32,191 bases of DNA from IMG/VR virus record IMGVR_UViG_3300044646_000899, positions 1 through 32,191 of that record; one strand, given 5' to 3'. This DNA is from a virus (Duplodnaviria; Caudoviricetes). Below the pieces are notes generated by a model. That model was given only the letters and a program-made list of their open reading frames with translations, was not told the DNA's origin and searched no databases. The position numbers were made by a program, and so were the translations under genes. Positions 22,757-32,040 of this stretch are shown here, piece after piece (within the stretch, counting starts at the first letter, position 1; each line of letters opens with the position of its first letter).

Positions 22757-24857
22757 CGATGGGCGGGGACGCCCGAGAGGCGCATCGAAAGACTGGCTGG
22801 CCAAGCGCAAGGCCGCACGGCTCGCAGGCGGCGAGGCGTGGGCAGCGTGGCAAGCCGCCCACCCCGGCGGGGTACCCACCACCGCAGAGCGAGCAGCCGC
22901 CACCCGCGCCGCCGTCAAGCGCAAGCGAATGCAGAACCGGGGCTACGCCCGCGCCAAGGCACGACCCGCCAAGGCCAGCCCAGCCCCAGCCCCCGCCCAC
23001 CCCCCCGCCGGGGCCGACCCCGCCCCCCCGGGGGGTCCTGCGTCCGGATCCCCCGGGCCTGCCGCGCCGCCGGAGTCCCACCCCCGTCTGCGTCACGGAG
23101 CCCCCTATTCCCCCAGTACGGATCCCCTATGCCTCCCTTCGTGGCCTGCGGACTTGGCTGATGTGATGCGGCTACGGGAGTTTGTGGTGACGGGCGCATC
23201 GCCAGCGGAGCGGGCGGATTTGCACGCCTTGTTCAAGTCGGATCCTGCGGCGTGGCTTGCACTTACGGCGTGGACGTACCGGGTCAAGGAGGTTGGTCTT
23301 GACGGTCGCGAGAAGCCTGTCGCGGTTCCTGACGTACCGTTCATTCCTTGGCCTGTGCAGATTGGGGCGATCCGTCGGTTGCGGACGTGCGTGGGCGATG
23401 GTCGTGACGTGGTGGTTCGAAAGAGCCGTGACATGGGTGCGTCATGGGTGGTGTTGGGGTTGGCGGTCTGGGGGTGGATGTTCCATGGGTGGCAGAGTCT
23501 GTTGGTGAGTCGCGTGGAGGACAACGTGGACCGGACGGGCGACCCGGACAGCCTGTTCTGGAAGGTGGATTACTTATTGGCAAGTCAGCCCGGGTGGTTG
23601 CTTCCCTGTCCTGTTCCGGAGTTGCGCAAGGGTGGTCAGTATCGGCAGCACATGGTGTTGCGTCATCCGCAGAGTGGGGCGACGATTGCGGGTCAGGCGA
23701 GTGGCGCGCACATTGGCCGTGGTGGTCGGCGCACGTTTGTGTTGTTTGACGAGTTCGCGGCGCTTGAGGACGACGACGCTGCGTGGCGGTCGGCATCTGA
23801 CACAACCTCTTGTCGCATCGCGGTTTCCACTCCGATTGGGTATGGGACGCGGTATGACAGGTTGGTGGGCGAGGCGCGTGGGACGGGGAACCCGGAGTTG
23901 GTTGAGATGCTGTACTACCAGCATCCGGAGAAGGCGCATGGGGCGGAGACCCGGGTTGACTTTGACGGCAGCATAAGTGGGGTTGTTGGAAGCACTTACA
24001 TCTGGACGCCATGGCTTGCCGACCAGTTGCGCAAGCGTGACAAGGTGGACTTGGCGCAGAACGTGTTTGCGGAGGCGATGGGTGCTGGCGCGGCGTTCTT
24101 CCCGAGCGTGACGATTACGAGTCATCGGCGGGAGTTTGGCCGGGAGCCACGCCGGGCGAACTGGATTCGTGGGAAGTGGGTGGACAGCCCGACTGGTCGG
24201 TGGCGGTTGTGGGGTGACGAGGACCCGGTGGTGTCGTCGTATGCGGTGGGGATTGACCCTGCCTACGGGACGGGGAACCACGCGAGTGCGGTGGCGGTGT
24301 TGGACGTGACGGACAAGCGGTTGGTGGCGATGATGGTGGATGCCAACATCACGCCTGCGGACTTGGCTGCGGAGGTGGCGGAGGTGTGTCGTGGGTGGTA
24401 TCGGGAGGCGGTGGTGGCGTGGGAGGTGAACGGGCCCGGCCAGAGTTTGCAGCGTGACTTTGAGGCCCAGCGGTTCCATCGTGTGTGGAAGCCTCGCAAG
24501 GAGGGCAAGACCACGCACGGGATCATTGACCGGGTTGGCTGGGTGTCGAGCGAGCAGAGCAAGCGCCTGTTGCTTGGAAACCTGTCGAGGTCGGTCCAGC
24601 AGGGTGAGATGGTGATCCCATGCACGGGGACGTTGGACGAGATGTTGGCGTATGTGTTGGATGGGAATGGGCGGGTGATCCCGGGCAGGCTTCGGGACGA
24701 GAGCACGGGTGCGCGTGAGAACCATGGCGATAGGGTGATTGCGCTTGCCTTGGCGTGGATGGCCATGGATGATGCACCTGTTCCGGGCGGGGAGCAGGAG
24801 TCGTACGCTCCCGGCACGGCAGGAGACCTCTTGCGCCATTGGGAGGTATTTCGATGA
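22749..24857 (+). CDS. terL: Terminase large subunit with a low-complexity N-terminal extension
   Basis: FIPWPVQ, Walker A region RKSRDMGASW, Walker B VLFDEF, motif STP, RNase H-like VGIDPAYG...WEVNGPG...HGDRVIALALA. Alternative start at 23166. Confidence 0.9.
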   Translation: MADDGRGRPRGASKDWLAKRKAARLAGGEAWAAWQAAHPGGVPTTAERAAATRAAVKRKRMQNRGYARAKARPAKASPAPAPAHPPAGADPAPPGGPASGSPGPAAPPESHPRLRHGAPYSPSTDPLCLPSWPADLADVMRLREFVVTGASPAERADLHALFKSDPAAWLALTAWTYRVKEVGLDGREKPVAVPDVPFIPWPVQIGAIRRLRTCVGDGRDVVVRKSRDMGASWVVLGLAVWGWMFHGWQSLLVSRVEDNVDRTGDPDSLFWKVDYLLASQPGWLLPCPVPELRKGGQYRQHMVLRHPQSGATIAGQASGAHIGRGGRRTFVLFDEFAALEDDDAAWRSASDTTSCRIAVSTPIGYGTRYDRLVGEARGTGNPELVEMLYYQHPEKAHGAETRVDFDGSISGVVGSTYIWTPWLADQLRKRDKVDLAQNVFAEAMGAGAAFFPSVTITSHRREFGREPRRANWIRGKWVDSPTGRWRLWGDEDPVVSSYAVGIDPAYGTGNHASAVAVLDVTDKRLVAMMVDANITPADLAAEVAEVCRGWYREAVVAWEVNGPGQSLQRDFEAQRFHRVWKPRKEGKTTHGIIDRVGWVSSEQSKRLLLGNLSRSVQQGEMVIPCTGTLDEMLAYVLDGNGRVIPGRLRDESTGARENHGDRVIALALAWMAMDDAPVPGGEQESYAPGTAGDLLRHWEVFR

Positions 24858-25141
24858 TTGCAAACGCTGACAGGGTCAGGCATTGGGCCGACGAGAACGA
24901 GGAAGAGATCATCTTCGCTGATGGTCTTGACGATGCCGTCATTGGCCTGACGCGGGACATGAAGACGGGCGCGTGGCGGGTGGTCTACGACACGCACCGG
25001 GTGGTTCAGGTCTTGGTCAACGACAAGGGCATGGACCACGACGACGCGGTCGAGCACTTGGAGCACAACATCGTGTGTGCATACGTGGGCGAGGGAACCC
25101 CCATTTGGTCGTTCCTGCCGATCATCGAGGAAGCAGACTGA
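24854..25141 (+). CDS. Conserved acidic phage hypothetical protein
   Basis: ADGLDDAVIG...VVYD...DAVEHLEHNI..AYVGEGTPI pattern, widespread in aquatic phages. SD GGAGG. Confidence 0.8.
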   Translation: MIANADRVRHWADENEEEIIFADGLDDAVIGLTRDMKTGAWRVVYDTHRVVQVLVNDKGMDHDDAVEHLEHNIVCAYVGEGTPIWSFLPIIEEAD

Positions 25142-25374
25142 TGGCGAAGAAGCGTGGCCCGAACCTGTCGGTTGGCCGTGGCGAGAAGTTGCCTGTGTCC
25201 AAGGGCGCTGGCCTGACGGCCAAGGGCCGTGCGCGTTACAACCGGGCGACGGGAAGCAAGTTGCAGGCCCCGACCAAGGACAAGAACGATCCTCGCCACA
25301 AGTCGTTCTGTGCTCGATCCCGGTCGTGGACTGGGGAGCGCGGCAAGGCTGCACGGGCAAGGTGGGGGTGCTGA
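25141..25374 (+). CDS. Small basic conserved phage protein (GLTAKGR...KSFCAR...W.C)
   Basis: 77 aa, K/R-rich. TGATG coupling. Confidence 0.8.
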   Translation: MAKKRGPNLSVGRGEKLPVSKGAGLTAKGRARYNRATGSKLQAPTKDKNDPRHKSFCARSRSWTGERGKAARARWGC

Positions 25375-25375
25375 C

Positions 25376-25507
25376 ATGGCCAAGAACTCGCTGGTCGGAA
25401 ACATCAGCAAGCGTCGCAAACTTGGGATCTCGCGCCCCAAGTCTGCCAGCACTGTCAGCGCGAAGTCATATGCCGCCATGAAGCGCGGCTGGAAGAAGAG
25501 CAAGTGA
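25376..25507 (+). CDS. Small basic protein (43 aa)
   Basis: MAKNSLVGNISKRRKLGISRPKSASTVSAKSYAAMKRGWKKSK; tightly coupled. Confidence 0.7.
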   Translation: MAKNSLVGNISKRRKLGISRPKSASTVSAKSYAAMKRGWKKSK

Positions 25508-25614
25508 TGCCGAAGGTCGGAAAGAAGAAGTTCCCGTACACCGCAAAGGGCAAGATGGACGCCAAGGCCGCTGCGAAGAAGATGGGAATGTCCGTAAAGG
25601 CGCGGCGCAAGTGA
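25507..25614 (+). CDS. Small basic protein (35 aa, not in the ORF track)
   Basis: MPKVGKKKFPYTAKGKMDAKAAAKKMGMSVKARRK; TGATG and GTGA overlaps at both ends. Confidence 0.7.
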   Translation: MPKVGKKKFPYTAKGKMDAKAAAKKMGMSVKARRK

Positions 25615-25907
25615 ACGGGTTCCTGCGGATTCGGTCGTCGTGGTATCCCGTCGATGCAATCCACCAGATCGATGATCTGGGTGGTCGTGTCCGGATCACG
25701 CTGCATGGCAACATCAAGATTGACCTTGACCCCATTGAGGGAGAGAAGGTCATGCGCCAGTTGCAGGGGAAGTCGGAGCCCACGACCGAACCGCAGGCCA
25801 CGTTGCCGTTGATGGCACGCGTTGCGGCGCTTGAGGCTCGCGTCATGGCGTTGACCGCCACCAGTGATCTCATCCGGCAGAACAAGGCGGTAAAGACCAA
25901 TGCTTGA
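25611..25907 (+). CDS. Hypothetical protein
   Basis: GTG start overlapping the upstream stop; overlaps the portal start. Confidence 0.6.
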   Translation: MNGFLRIRSSWYPVDAIHQIDDLGGRVRITLHGNIKIDLDPIEGEKVMRQLQGKSEPTTEPQATLPLMARVAALEARVMALTATSDLIRQNKAVKTNA

Positions 25908-27669
25908 CTTTTCCAGCATCTCGCGAATTCGTGACGAGATCGATCGCGCCGAGTGGTTCCGCGATCAGCACCTTGCCACCCCAAAGGAACTGCGTGAGTG
26001 GTTCACTGGGCAGGGATACCGCGATGGGCATGGCATTGACCACCCAGAGAACGCGGTGCATGCCTATGTGAGCATGGTGCTTCCACGCATCGTGCATGAC
26101 AACCCCAAGGTCCGCGTGACGAGCGCCCGCCCGGAAGTCCAGCGCACGGCGTGCGTTGCGATGAAGGCGGCACTGAATCGGTGGTCCAAGATGACCCGCC
26201 TGCGTTCCACCATCGAACGCATCGGAACTGACATGCTGCTTGGCTGGGGAATCGGGCTGGTGGTGAACGAGCCCAAGGGAGCGGAACGCAAGTGGGATGC
26301 CGACGGCCCCTACCTTCCGCGCATCTATCGCATTGATCCTGCGAGGTTTATCCTCGATCCTGCGGCCATGCACTGGGAAGAGGCCCGCTTCATGGGCCAT
26401 GTCTGGATCGGTGACAAGGATGACCTGCTGCGTCGCGCCGAATCGGACGAGACGTGGAACAAGGAAGTCATCGAGATGCTGGCCACGAACAACGGGGTGG
26501 ACGAACTGCGCGACAATCGCGACATCCCAGAGCGGTACGAACTCGCCATCTATGAGATTTGGGTGCCAGAACTGGACCCGATGGCGGCAGAACTGCTGGA
26601 CGAGATGACGGATCAGGCGCTTGTGAACGGCACGATCTACACGGTCGCGAAGTACCAGAGCAGTTCCAACGACTGCCAGTGCGAGATGATTCGCAAGCCG
26701 CTCCCGTACTACGGCCCCCCGACGGGTCCATACACGATGTTCGGCGCATTCACGGTCCCGAACGACCCCTATCCGCTGTCCCCGATCGTTGCCTGCCGGA
26801 ACCAGATCGAGTACTGCAACGACATGGCCAAGAGCCAGCAGGAGAACCAGAAGCGGTACAAGCGCATGCTGGTCGGGGATGCCAAGAACCCGAAGTTCCT
26901 ACAGGACGTGGTCAACGCGCCGGACATGTATGTCTTTGCGGAGGCTGGACTTGACGCTCGCAGCCTTCAGCCCGTCGAGATCGGCGGAAGCACGAACCAG
27001 CACATCCAGTCGGTGGAGACGGCCAAGGAGCGGCTGGACCGTGCGCTTGGCATGTCGGACGCCATGCGCGGAAACATCGCCGGATCGGCCAGCGCAACGG
27101 AGGTGGCGGTGGCAGAATCCGCCAGCACCATGCGTATTGCCCACCTGAAGCGCGCATTTCAGGATTCCATGGACCTCATGTTGCGCAATGTGGCGTGGTA
27201 CATGTTCCACGACAACCGAATCGTCCTCCCGGTCGGCGGGGAAGACACTGCCGCCATGGGGATCGCGGACCCCGTGTTTCAAGGTGGCTTGAAAGTTGGG
27301 GCATGGGAGGACATGCAGATCGATGTGGACGCCTACAGCATGGAGCGGACCAGCGAGATGCTGGCGTCGCGCCGGGCGGTGGAGACGTTCCAAGTGGTGA
27401 CGCAGGCGGCGCAGGCCATGCCGATGATGCCATGGGTCAAGTGGAAGGACCTGCTCGGGTTCCTTGGCGACGCCCAGAACGTGCCCCAGATGGCCGAGTT
27501 CATTGATGACAGCCAGTTGCGCCAGATGCGGCAGGCCATGCAGGCTCCGCAAAATCCGGCGCAGGGGGGTGTTGCGCAAACCGCAGCGGCCCCTTCTCCT
27601 ACAGGTGAAGCACCAGCAGTTCCGCCCGCAGCGCAGGCGGCGATTGCTGGAGCGCGTGAGCGAATGTAA
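25900..27669 (+). CDS. Portal protein
   Basis: 589 aa between terminase and scaffold. PRIVHDNPKVRV, RIDPARFILDP, GMSDAMRG...SATEV, and a Q/P/A-rich tail typical of podovirus/P22-like portals. Confidence 0.85.
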   Translation: MLDFSSISRIRDEIDRAEWFRDQHLATPKELREWFTGQGYRDGHGIDHPENAVHAYVSMVLPRIVHDNPKVRVTSARPEVQRTACVAMKAALNRWSKMTRLRSTIERIGTDMLLGWGIGLVVNEPKGAERKWDADGPYLPRIYRIDPARFILDPAAMHWEEARFMGHVWIGDKDDLLRRAESDETWNKEVIEMLATNNGVDELRDNRDIPERYELAIYEIWVPELDPMAAELLDEMTDQALVNGTIYTVAKYQSSSNDCQCEMIRKPLPYYGPPTGPYTMFGAFTVPNDPYPLSPIVACRNQIEYCNDMAKSQQENQKRYKRMLVGDAKNPKFLQDVVNAPDMYVFAEAGLDARSLQPVEIGGSTNQHIQSVETAKERLDRALGMSDAMRGNIAGSASATEVAVAESASTMRIAHLKRAFQDSMDLMLRNVAWYMFHDNRIVLPVGGEDTAAMGIADPVFQGGLKVGAWEDMQIDVDAYSMERTSEMLASRRAVETFQVVTQAAQAMPMMPWVKWKDLLGFLGDAQNVPQMAEFIDDSQLRQMRQAMQAPQNPAQGGVAQTAAAPSPTGEAPAVPPAAQAAIAGARERM

Positions 27670-27971
27670 TGCCAGCATACGAATTTCAGACAGCAGAAGG
27701 CCAGATCATCGAATGCGTCTTCGCCATGAGCGAAGCGCCGACCATCGGTGCCGTCTACGACCATCCGATGTTTGGGCCCGTGACGCGAATTGCAAGCACA
27801 GCGCAGGTCAGCCCGAACTTCACCACCAGCACGTATCCCTATGTCAGCCGCGCACTTCCGAGAAATCTTCCGGGTGTGAAGTGCGATTCGGTTGGCCACC
27901 CAATCATCCATAGTCGCCGTGAAGAACGCAATGTTGCGGCTCGTCATGGCTACATCCGAGCAGAGGACTGA
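27669..27971 (+). CDS. FmdB-like small protein with degenerate zinc ribbon
   Basis: MPAYEFQ...ECVFAMSE...VTRIAS mirrors MP.Y.Y.C..C...R..S, but the Cys pairs are missing. Confidence 0.55.
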   Translation: MPAYEFQTAEGQIIECVFAMSEAPTIGAVYDHPMFGPVTRIASTAQVSPNFTTSTYPYVSRALPRNLPGVKCDSVGHPIIHSRREERNVAARHGYIRAED

Positions 27972-27973
27972 AC

Positions 27974-28870
27974 ATGGACAGCAATGCTGAACCCATCGTG
28001 CAGACCGAGACTCCGTCCAGTGGGGCGGAGGAGCAGGTCAAGCAGGACAATTCGCCATCTAACGAGGCCGTCACGGCTGAACCGCTAGATGAAGATGACA
28101 TTGTCTTGCAGAGACTGCTTGATGAACTCGCGGCAGAAGAACCCCAGCCAACCGAAGCCTCGGCTCCGGTCGCTGCGGAAACCACGCCGGAAGTTCCCAC
28201 CATCGACCGTGAAGCGGTTGCCAAGATCCTGAAGAGGGACGGCGTACCCGATGAGGTCATTTCCAGCACTTCTCCAGCAATCCTCCAGCAATGGGCGGAT
28301 GCGGCTGTGAAGCGCCAGAAGGATGTTGACTCGTACGGCGGTCGATTGAAGGAGATGGAGGCACGTCTTGCGACGAGCCAGCAGGCGACGCCTGCGCAGG
28401 GCAACACCCCTGTTGCAGCCGAACCGACCAAGGCTGATCCGTTTGCACAGATGGCACAGGTGTACGGCGAAGAACTCGTCGCCCCTGTTCGTGCTGCCTT
28501 CGTGTCCCAGCAGCAGCAGATGCAAGAACAACTGCTGTTGGCGCAGGCCCGCGCTGCTGATGCGTCACTCCGTGTCCAATATGGAGCAAAGTCTCCTACG
28601 TGGGACGCGGTATTGGCCAAGATGTCGGAACTCGGGTCTGCCAAGCCGGGCGGGTATGCAAGCGTCGATTCTCTTGCCGCTGCTGCCTACTCGGAAATCG
28701 TTGGATCAGCAAGTGCTCAACCCACAAACGTACGCGCTGCACAGCCGACTGCCCCAACAAAGGGAAACACAGCCCCAGTGAAGCCGCCTGTTCGTGACGA
28801 GGACGACCTGATCCTTGACCAGATTCTTTCGGGCGAAGGTGGTCGCCTTCGCACCGCGCTACGCAAATAA
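27974..28870 (+). CDS. Capsid scaffolding protein
   Basis: Acidic, low-complexity, coiled-coil protein immediately before the capsid gene. Confidence 0.7.
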   Translation: MDSNAEPIVQTETPSSGAEEQVKQDNSPSNEAVTAEPLDEDDIVLQRLLDELAAEEPQPTEASAPVAAETTPEVPTIDREAVAKILKRDGVPDEVISSTSPAILQQWADAAVKRQKDVDSYGGRLKEMEARLATSQQATPAQGNTPVAAEPTKADPFAQMAQVYGEELVAPVRAAFVSQQQQMQEQLLLAQARAADASLRVQYGAKSPTWDAVLAKMSELGSAKPGGYASVDSLAAAAYSEIVGSASAQPTNVRAAQPTAPTKGNTAPVKPPVRDEDDLILDQILSGEGGRLRTALRK

Positions 28871-28883
28871 GGAGTAAGGCAAA

Positions 28884-30149
28884 ATGCCTGCAATTACCCA
28901 GTTCAATGACTTCATGCAGAGCACTGGCCCTGCATACCTGAAGTCCGCAGATGCCGTCATCATGGAGGCGGTCAAGAACAACTATGTCCTTTCCCGTCTT
29001 TTGAAGGAAAAGGCAAGCGAAACTCTCATTCAGTCCGGAACGACGATTCGTGATGTCATTGTCTTTGACGATGCCGCCACGTACCAGAAGTACCAGCCCA
29101 ACGATACGTTCACGTGGATGAACCCGCAGGTCACCGACACGCTGTCGGCGGCGTGGCGCTTCAGCATGGATTACATGGCGTGGACTGATCAGGAGGTCGA
29201 ACTCAACGAGGGCGATCCGAAGACGCTCTATAAGCGCCTCAAGCGCGTCAAGGAAATGCGCATGTGGACTTCCATGCTCAACGGCATGGAAAACGACCTG
29301 TGGGCTGCTCCGCAGGGTCAGGGCAGCGCGATTGAGTCGTCCAGCGGACGCGAGCCGTACTCCATTCCCTGCTTCATCACCGAACAACTCAATTCGATCA
29401 CGACGTTTGGTGATCGTGGTGGTCGTCCCACTGGGTTCGGAAACACGGTTCTCGGAATCGACCCCACGGTCGATGCTCGCTGGACGAATCAGGTTTCGTT
29501 CTATGACCGTAACGCAGACCAGAATGCTGCGCCTACGAGTGCAACCATGTCGAACCATAACGCTGGAACGCGCCTGATTGGTGGGCTTTTTCCGGCGATG
29601 GACGAAATGTACCTCAAGGTGCAGTTCAAGGCGCCTCTTACGCAGCGTCAGTACTTTGAGGAAACCAACTTCCAGCGCCAGATGATTCTTTGCTCTCGCG
29701 TTGGAATGAACCAGTACAAGCGTGCCCTTCGTGCGGAAAATGATGTTCTCGTCAACCTTCAGGATGCTGCGTACAACACGCCGACGTTCAGTGGAATTCC
29801 GCTTGAGTACTGCGCCAACCTTGATGACGCGGCAATTTTCCCGGCGCATACTTCGGCGGTGACCGACACGCTTACGGGTCGAAACGCCCCGACTTCGGCA
29901 TCGACTACCGTTGGCCAGACGGAAACCAACGCGAACACGATTGATAAGGGACCGCGCTACTACTTTATCAACGGCCAGTACCTTACCCCGATTTTCCACA
30001 CGACGCGCTACATGAAGAAGCACGACGTGATGCGTCATCCCAATCAGCCGTTTAGTTGGGTGCAGCCCGTTGACTGCTGGTGGAATCTGTTCTGCAACAG
30101 CCGTCAGCGCCACGGAATTGTTTCTCCCGTCCGCCGCAACGACACGTGA
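28884..30149 (+). CDS. Major capsid protein
   Basis: 421 aa, strong SD AAGGAG, position after scaffold, FSGIPLEY and YFIN..YL motifs, followed by a strong hairpin. Confidence 0.8.
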   Translation: MPAITQFNDFMQSTGPAYLKSADAVIMEAVKNNYVLSRLLKEKASETLIQSGTTIRDVIVFDDAATYQKYQPNDTFTWMNPQVTDTLSAAWRFSMDYMAWTDQEVELNEGDPKTLYKRLKRVKEMRMWTSMLNGMENDLWAAPQGQGSAIESSSGREPYSIPCFITEQLNSITTFGDRGGRPTGFGNTVLGIDPTVDARWTNQVSFYDRNADQNAAPTSATMSNHNAGTRLIGGLFPAMDEMYLKVQFKAPLTQRQYFEETNFQRQMILCSRVGMNQYKRALRAENDVLVNLQDAAYNTPTFSGIPLEYCANLDDAAIFPAHTSAVTDTLTGRNAPTSASTTVGQTETNANTIDKGPRYYFINGQYLTPIFHTTRYMKKHDVMRHPNQPFSWVQPVDCWWNLFCNSRQRHGIVSPVRRNDT

Positions 30150-30156
30150 TTATTAG

Positions 30157-30180
30157 GGGGGCGGGCGCAAGCCCGCCCCC
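30157..30180 (+). terminator. Hairpin after the major capsid gene
   Basis: GGGGGCGGGC-GCAA-GCCCGCCCCC with a GNRA loop and no U tract. Confidence 0.55.
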
Positions 30181-30204
30181 AACACCACTTTCATAAGGAA
30201 CATC

Positions 30205-30714
30205 ATGTCACTCACTATTTCTTCATCCGTGCAGCCGTCGCTCGGGGTCGAGCCGCGCCGCCTGATCGTTCGGTGCCGAAACTCCGAGGCAAGTTCGACC
30301 ATTTCGCGTGGTGCGCTGGTGCGTCTTGACTTTGCCTTGGCGTCGGGAAGCACGGAAAGCGGTCAGGGCACTGCCGCAATTACGGCTGCATCCAACAGCG
30401 TGTTTGCAAACGTGGTTCTTGGACCGACTACGGGAGCAGCCACTACGTCGGGTTTTTATGGGATTGCACAGGAGTCCATCGCTGCCGGAGCCACTGGCGC
30501 AGTGATGCTTGCTGGAATCACTACGGCGAATGTCGCTTCTGCAACCTACGCGGTTGGTCAGCGTGTTGGTCTGTCGGCTTCTGCTATTACTGCTGGGACC
30601 ATGACCAACGCCACGACCACGCAGACGATCGCGGTGGTTCTTGTCGGTGGTACGACAGTCACTTCGATTACCGTGCTGCTGCCCGGTGATCTGTCGTTCG
30701 GGATTACGGCGTAA
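30205..30714 (+). CDS. Capsid decoration/cement-like protein
   Basis: Small A/G/T-rich beta protein after the MCP; GIAQESIAAGATGAVMLAG resembles DUF2190-like cement proteins. Confidence 0.6.
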   Translation: MSLTISSSVQPSLGVEPRRLIVRCRNSEASSTISRGALVRLDFALASGSTESGQGTAAITAASNSVFANVVLGPTTGAATTSGFYGIAQESIAAGATGAVMLAGITTANVASATYAVGQRVGLSASAITAGTMTNATTTQTIAVVLVGGTTVTSITVLLPGDLSFGITA

Positions 30715-30729
30715 ACAATTCCAATAACT

Positions 30730-30765
30730 CCACTTGACGGGGAAACCCGCCAAGTGGAATTTTCT
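30730..30765 (+). terminator. Probable intrinsic terminator
   Basis: CCACTTGACGGG-GAAA-CCCGCCAAGTGG followed by AATTTTCT. Confidence 0.55.
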
Positions 30766-31482
30766 ATGCTTACATACGGTGATCTAAAAAACCATGTTCT
30801 GCTTGCTATCGGTGGCCGTCCATCGACGGCTGCTGGTCAGACAGTTGCACAGCGGCAGGCGGAGATCATCAACATTGCTGGCGAACACCTGTTTACGCAC
30901 CCGTGGCGATTCAGGGAGCAGACAGACGTTGTTGCCACGGTTCCCGCCCAGTCATGGGTGGCGCTTCCGGCGGCGTTCTCCGAACTGACGCAGGTCTGGC
31001 GGCAGAACCAGCAGGTTGCTGTTCTGTCTCCCGAACAGGTCGAAACCGCCCGGGCATCAAATTTCAACGACCGAACCTTGATGGCCTATGTCAGGGTCGT
31101 CGTTCCGACGACCGCAGCGCCAACCCAGACGCATCGTCTGGAACTGTATCCGACCCCGATCGCTGCCGAAAACCTCAAGGTGCTCTTCCGGGCTGGGTGG
31201 GTTCAGGTTGCGCACGACACGGCAAATGATCACGTGGTGTCCATCCCGCAGCATGTTGAGGCAACGCTGATAGCCTATGTTCGTGCCGTTGCAGAGGGCT
31301 ACGAAGATGGAAGCCAGAGCCAGCGATTTGCGGAAATTGAGGCTGGTCCGATCTTCGGTGCAGCCAAGCAAAAAGACGGCATGATTCAGAGCAATTTCGG
31401 CCCGGTCCAGCCGACGGTGTGGGGATGGTCCGATGCGCGTGGCAGTGGATTTAGGATGGTCAATACCGTAAGCAACCCATAA
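30766..31482 (+). CDS. Head-tail adaptor / tail tubular protein A-like
   Basis: MLTYGDLKNHV...IINIA...HPWRF...LPAAF...LELYPTP pattern and position after the head genes. Confidence 0.65.
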   Translation: MLTYGDLKNHVLLAIGGRPSTAAGQTVAQRQAEIINIAGEHLFTHPWRFREQTDVVATVPAQSWVALPAAFSELTQVWRQNQQVAVLSPEQVETARASNFNDRTLMAYVRVVVPTTAAPTQTHRLELYPTPIAAENLKVLFRAGWVQVAHDTANDHVVSIPQHVEATLIAYVRAVAEGYEDGSQSQRFAEIEAGPIFGAAKQKDGMIQSNFGPVQPTVWGWSDARGSGFRMVNTVSNP

Positions 31483-31491
31483 GGAACGAAT

Positions 31492-32040
31492 ATGTCTCAA
31501 TTTGGTTTGAAGGGCGTTATTGCGACTCCACGCACGCTTGTAAGTAACTGGTCGGCAACTCCGACTATTACGCTTCCTGCAACCGCAAGTATCACAGAGC
31601 GTGTTTATACGCAGACCCGCCCAGCAACTACAACGACTGGAAATGGCGCTGGGATCATTGTCAATCCAACTTTCAACTTTCTTCGCATTACACCTTTGGT
31701 TAGTGGGTCCGGAACCGCATATACGTTGAATATTCTTGGGTGGACGTTCAACGAGGTGATTTCGCGGTGGTATCCGATTCCGATCGTTAGCCAGCCCCTC
31801 ACGAATGCAACCACTGGAAGTTTTGCGTATCCGCTCGGCGGTTCTCCGCCGACCGTGTTTGGTGCCGTGACGATTGCGGATCCGACTACCGCTGGTAATC
31901 GAACGCGGTATCCGGGATTTGCCGGAGGCTCGCGATATGGCACGCTTGTTGTTGATTGCATTGCGTGTGATCTCGTAGAACTAATTTTCAGTAGTTCCGT
32001 TGGCGGTGAGTTCGCCGGAGCATTTATTGGGGAATTCTAA
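31492..32040 (+). CDS. Hypothetical structural protein
   Basis: 182 aa, T/G-rich, SD AAGGA, within the structural operon. Confidence 0.6.
   Translation: MSQFGLKGVIATPRTLVSNWSATPTITLPATASITERVYTQTRPATTTTGNGAGIIVNPTFNFLRITPLVSGSGTAYTLNILGWTFNEVISRWYPIPIVSQPLTNATTGSFAYPLGGSPPTVFGAVTIADPTTAGNRTRYPGFAGGSRYGTLVVDCIACDLVELIFSSSVGGEFAGAFIGEF

Noticed and set aside
23410-23450. TerL Walker A lacking the canonical GK(S/T) lysine (KSRDMGASW)
   Set aside because: KSRxMG(A/V)(S/T)W variants are common in terminase large subunits, so this is not evidence of inactivation.
25371-25378. CTGAC-ATG and CTGAAC-ATG (27968) at late-gene junctions as further sRNA targets
   Set aside because: These are explained by stop-start coupling (TGA then ATG) and lack the full CTGACC and GGAGA context.
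28596-30113. Long antisense ORFs (505 aa here; also 23574-24863, 8354-9532, 18300-19370)
   Set aside because: Shadow frames opposite well-supported genes in high-GC DNA, with no motifs.
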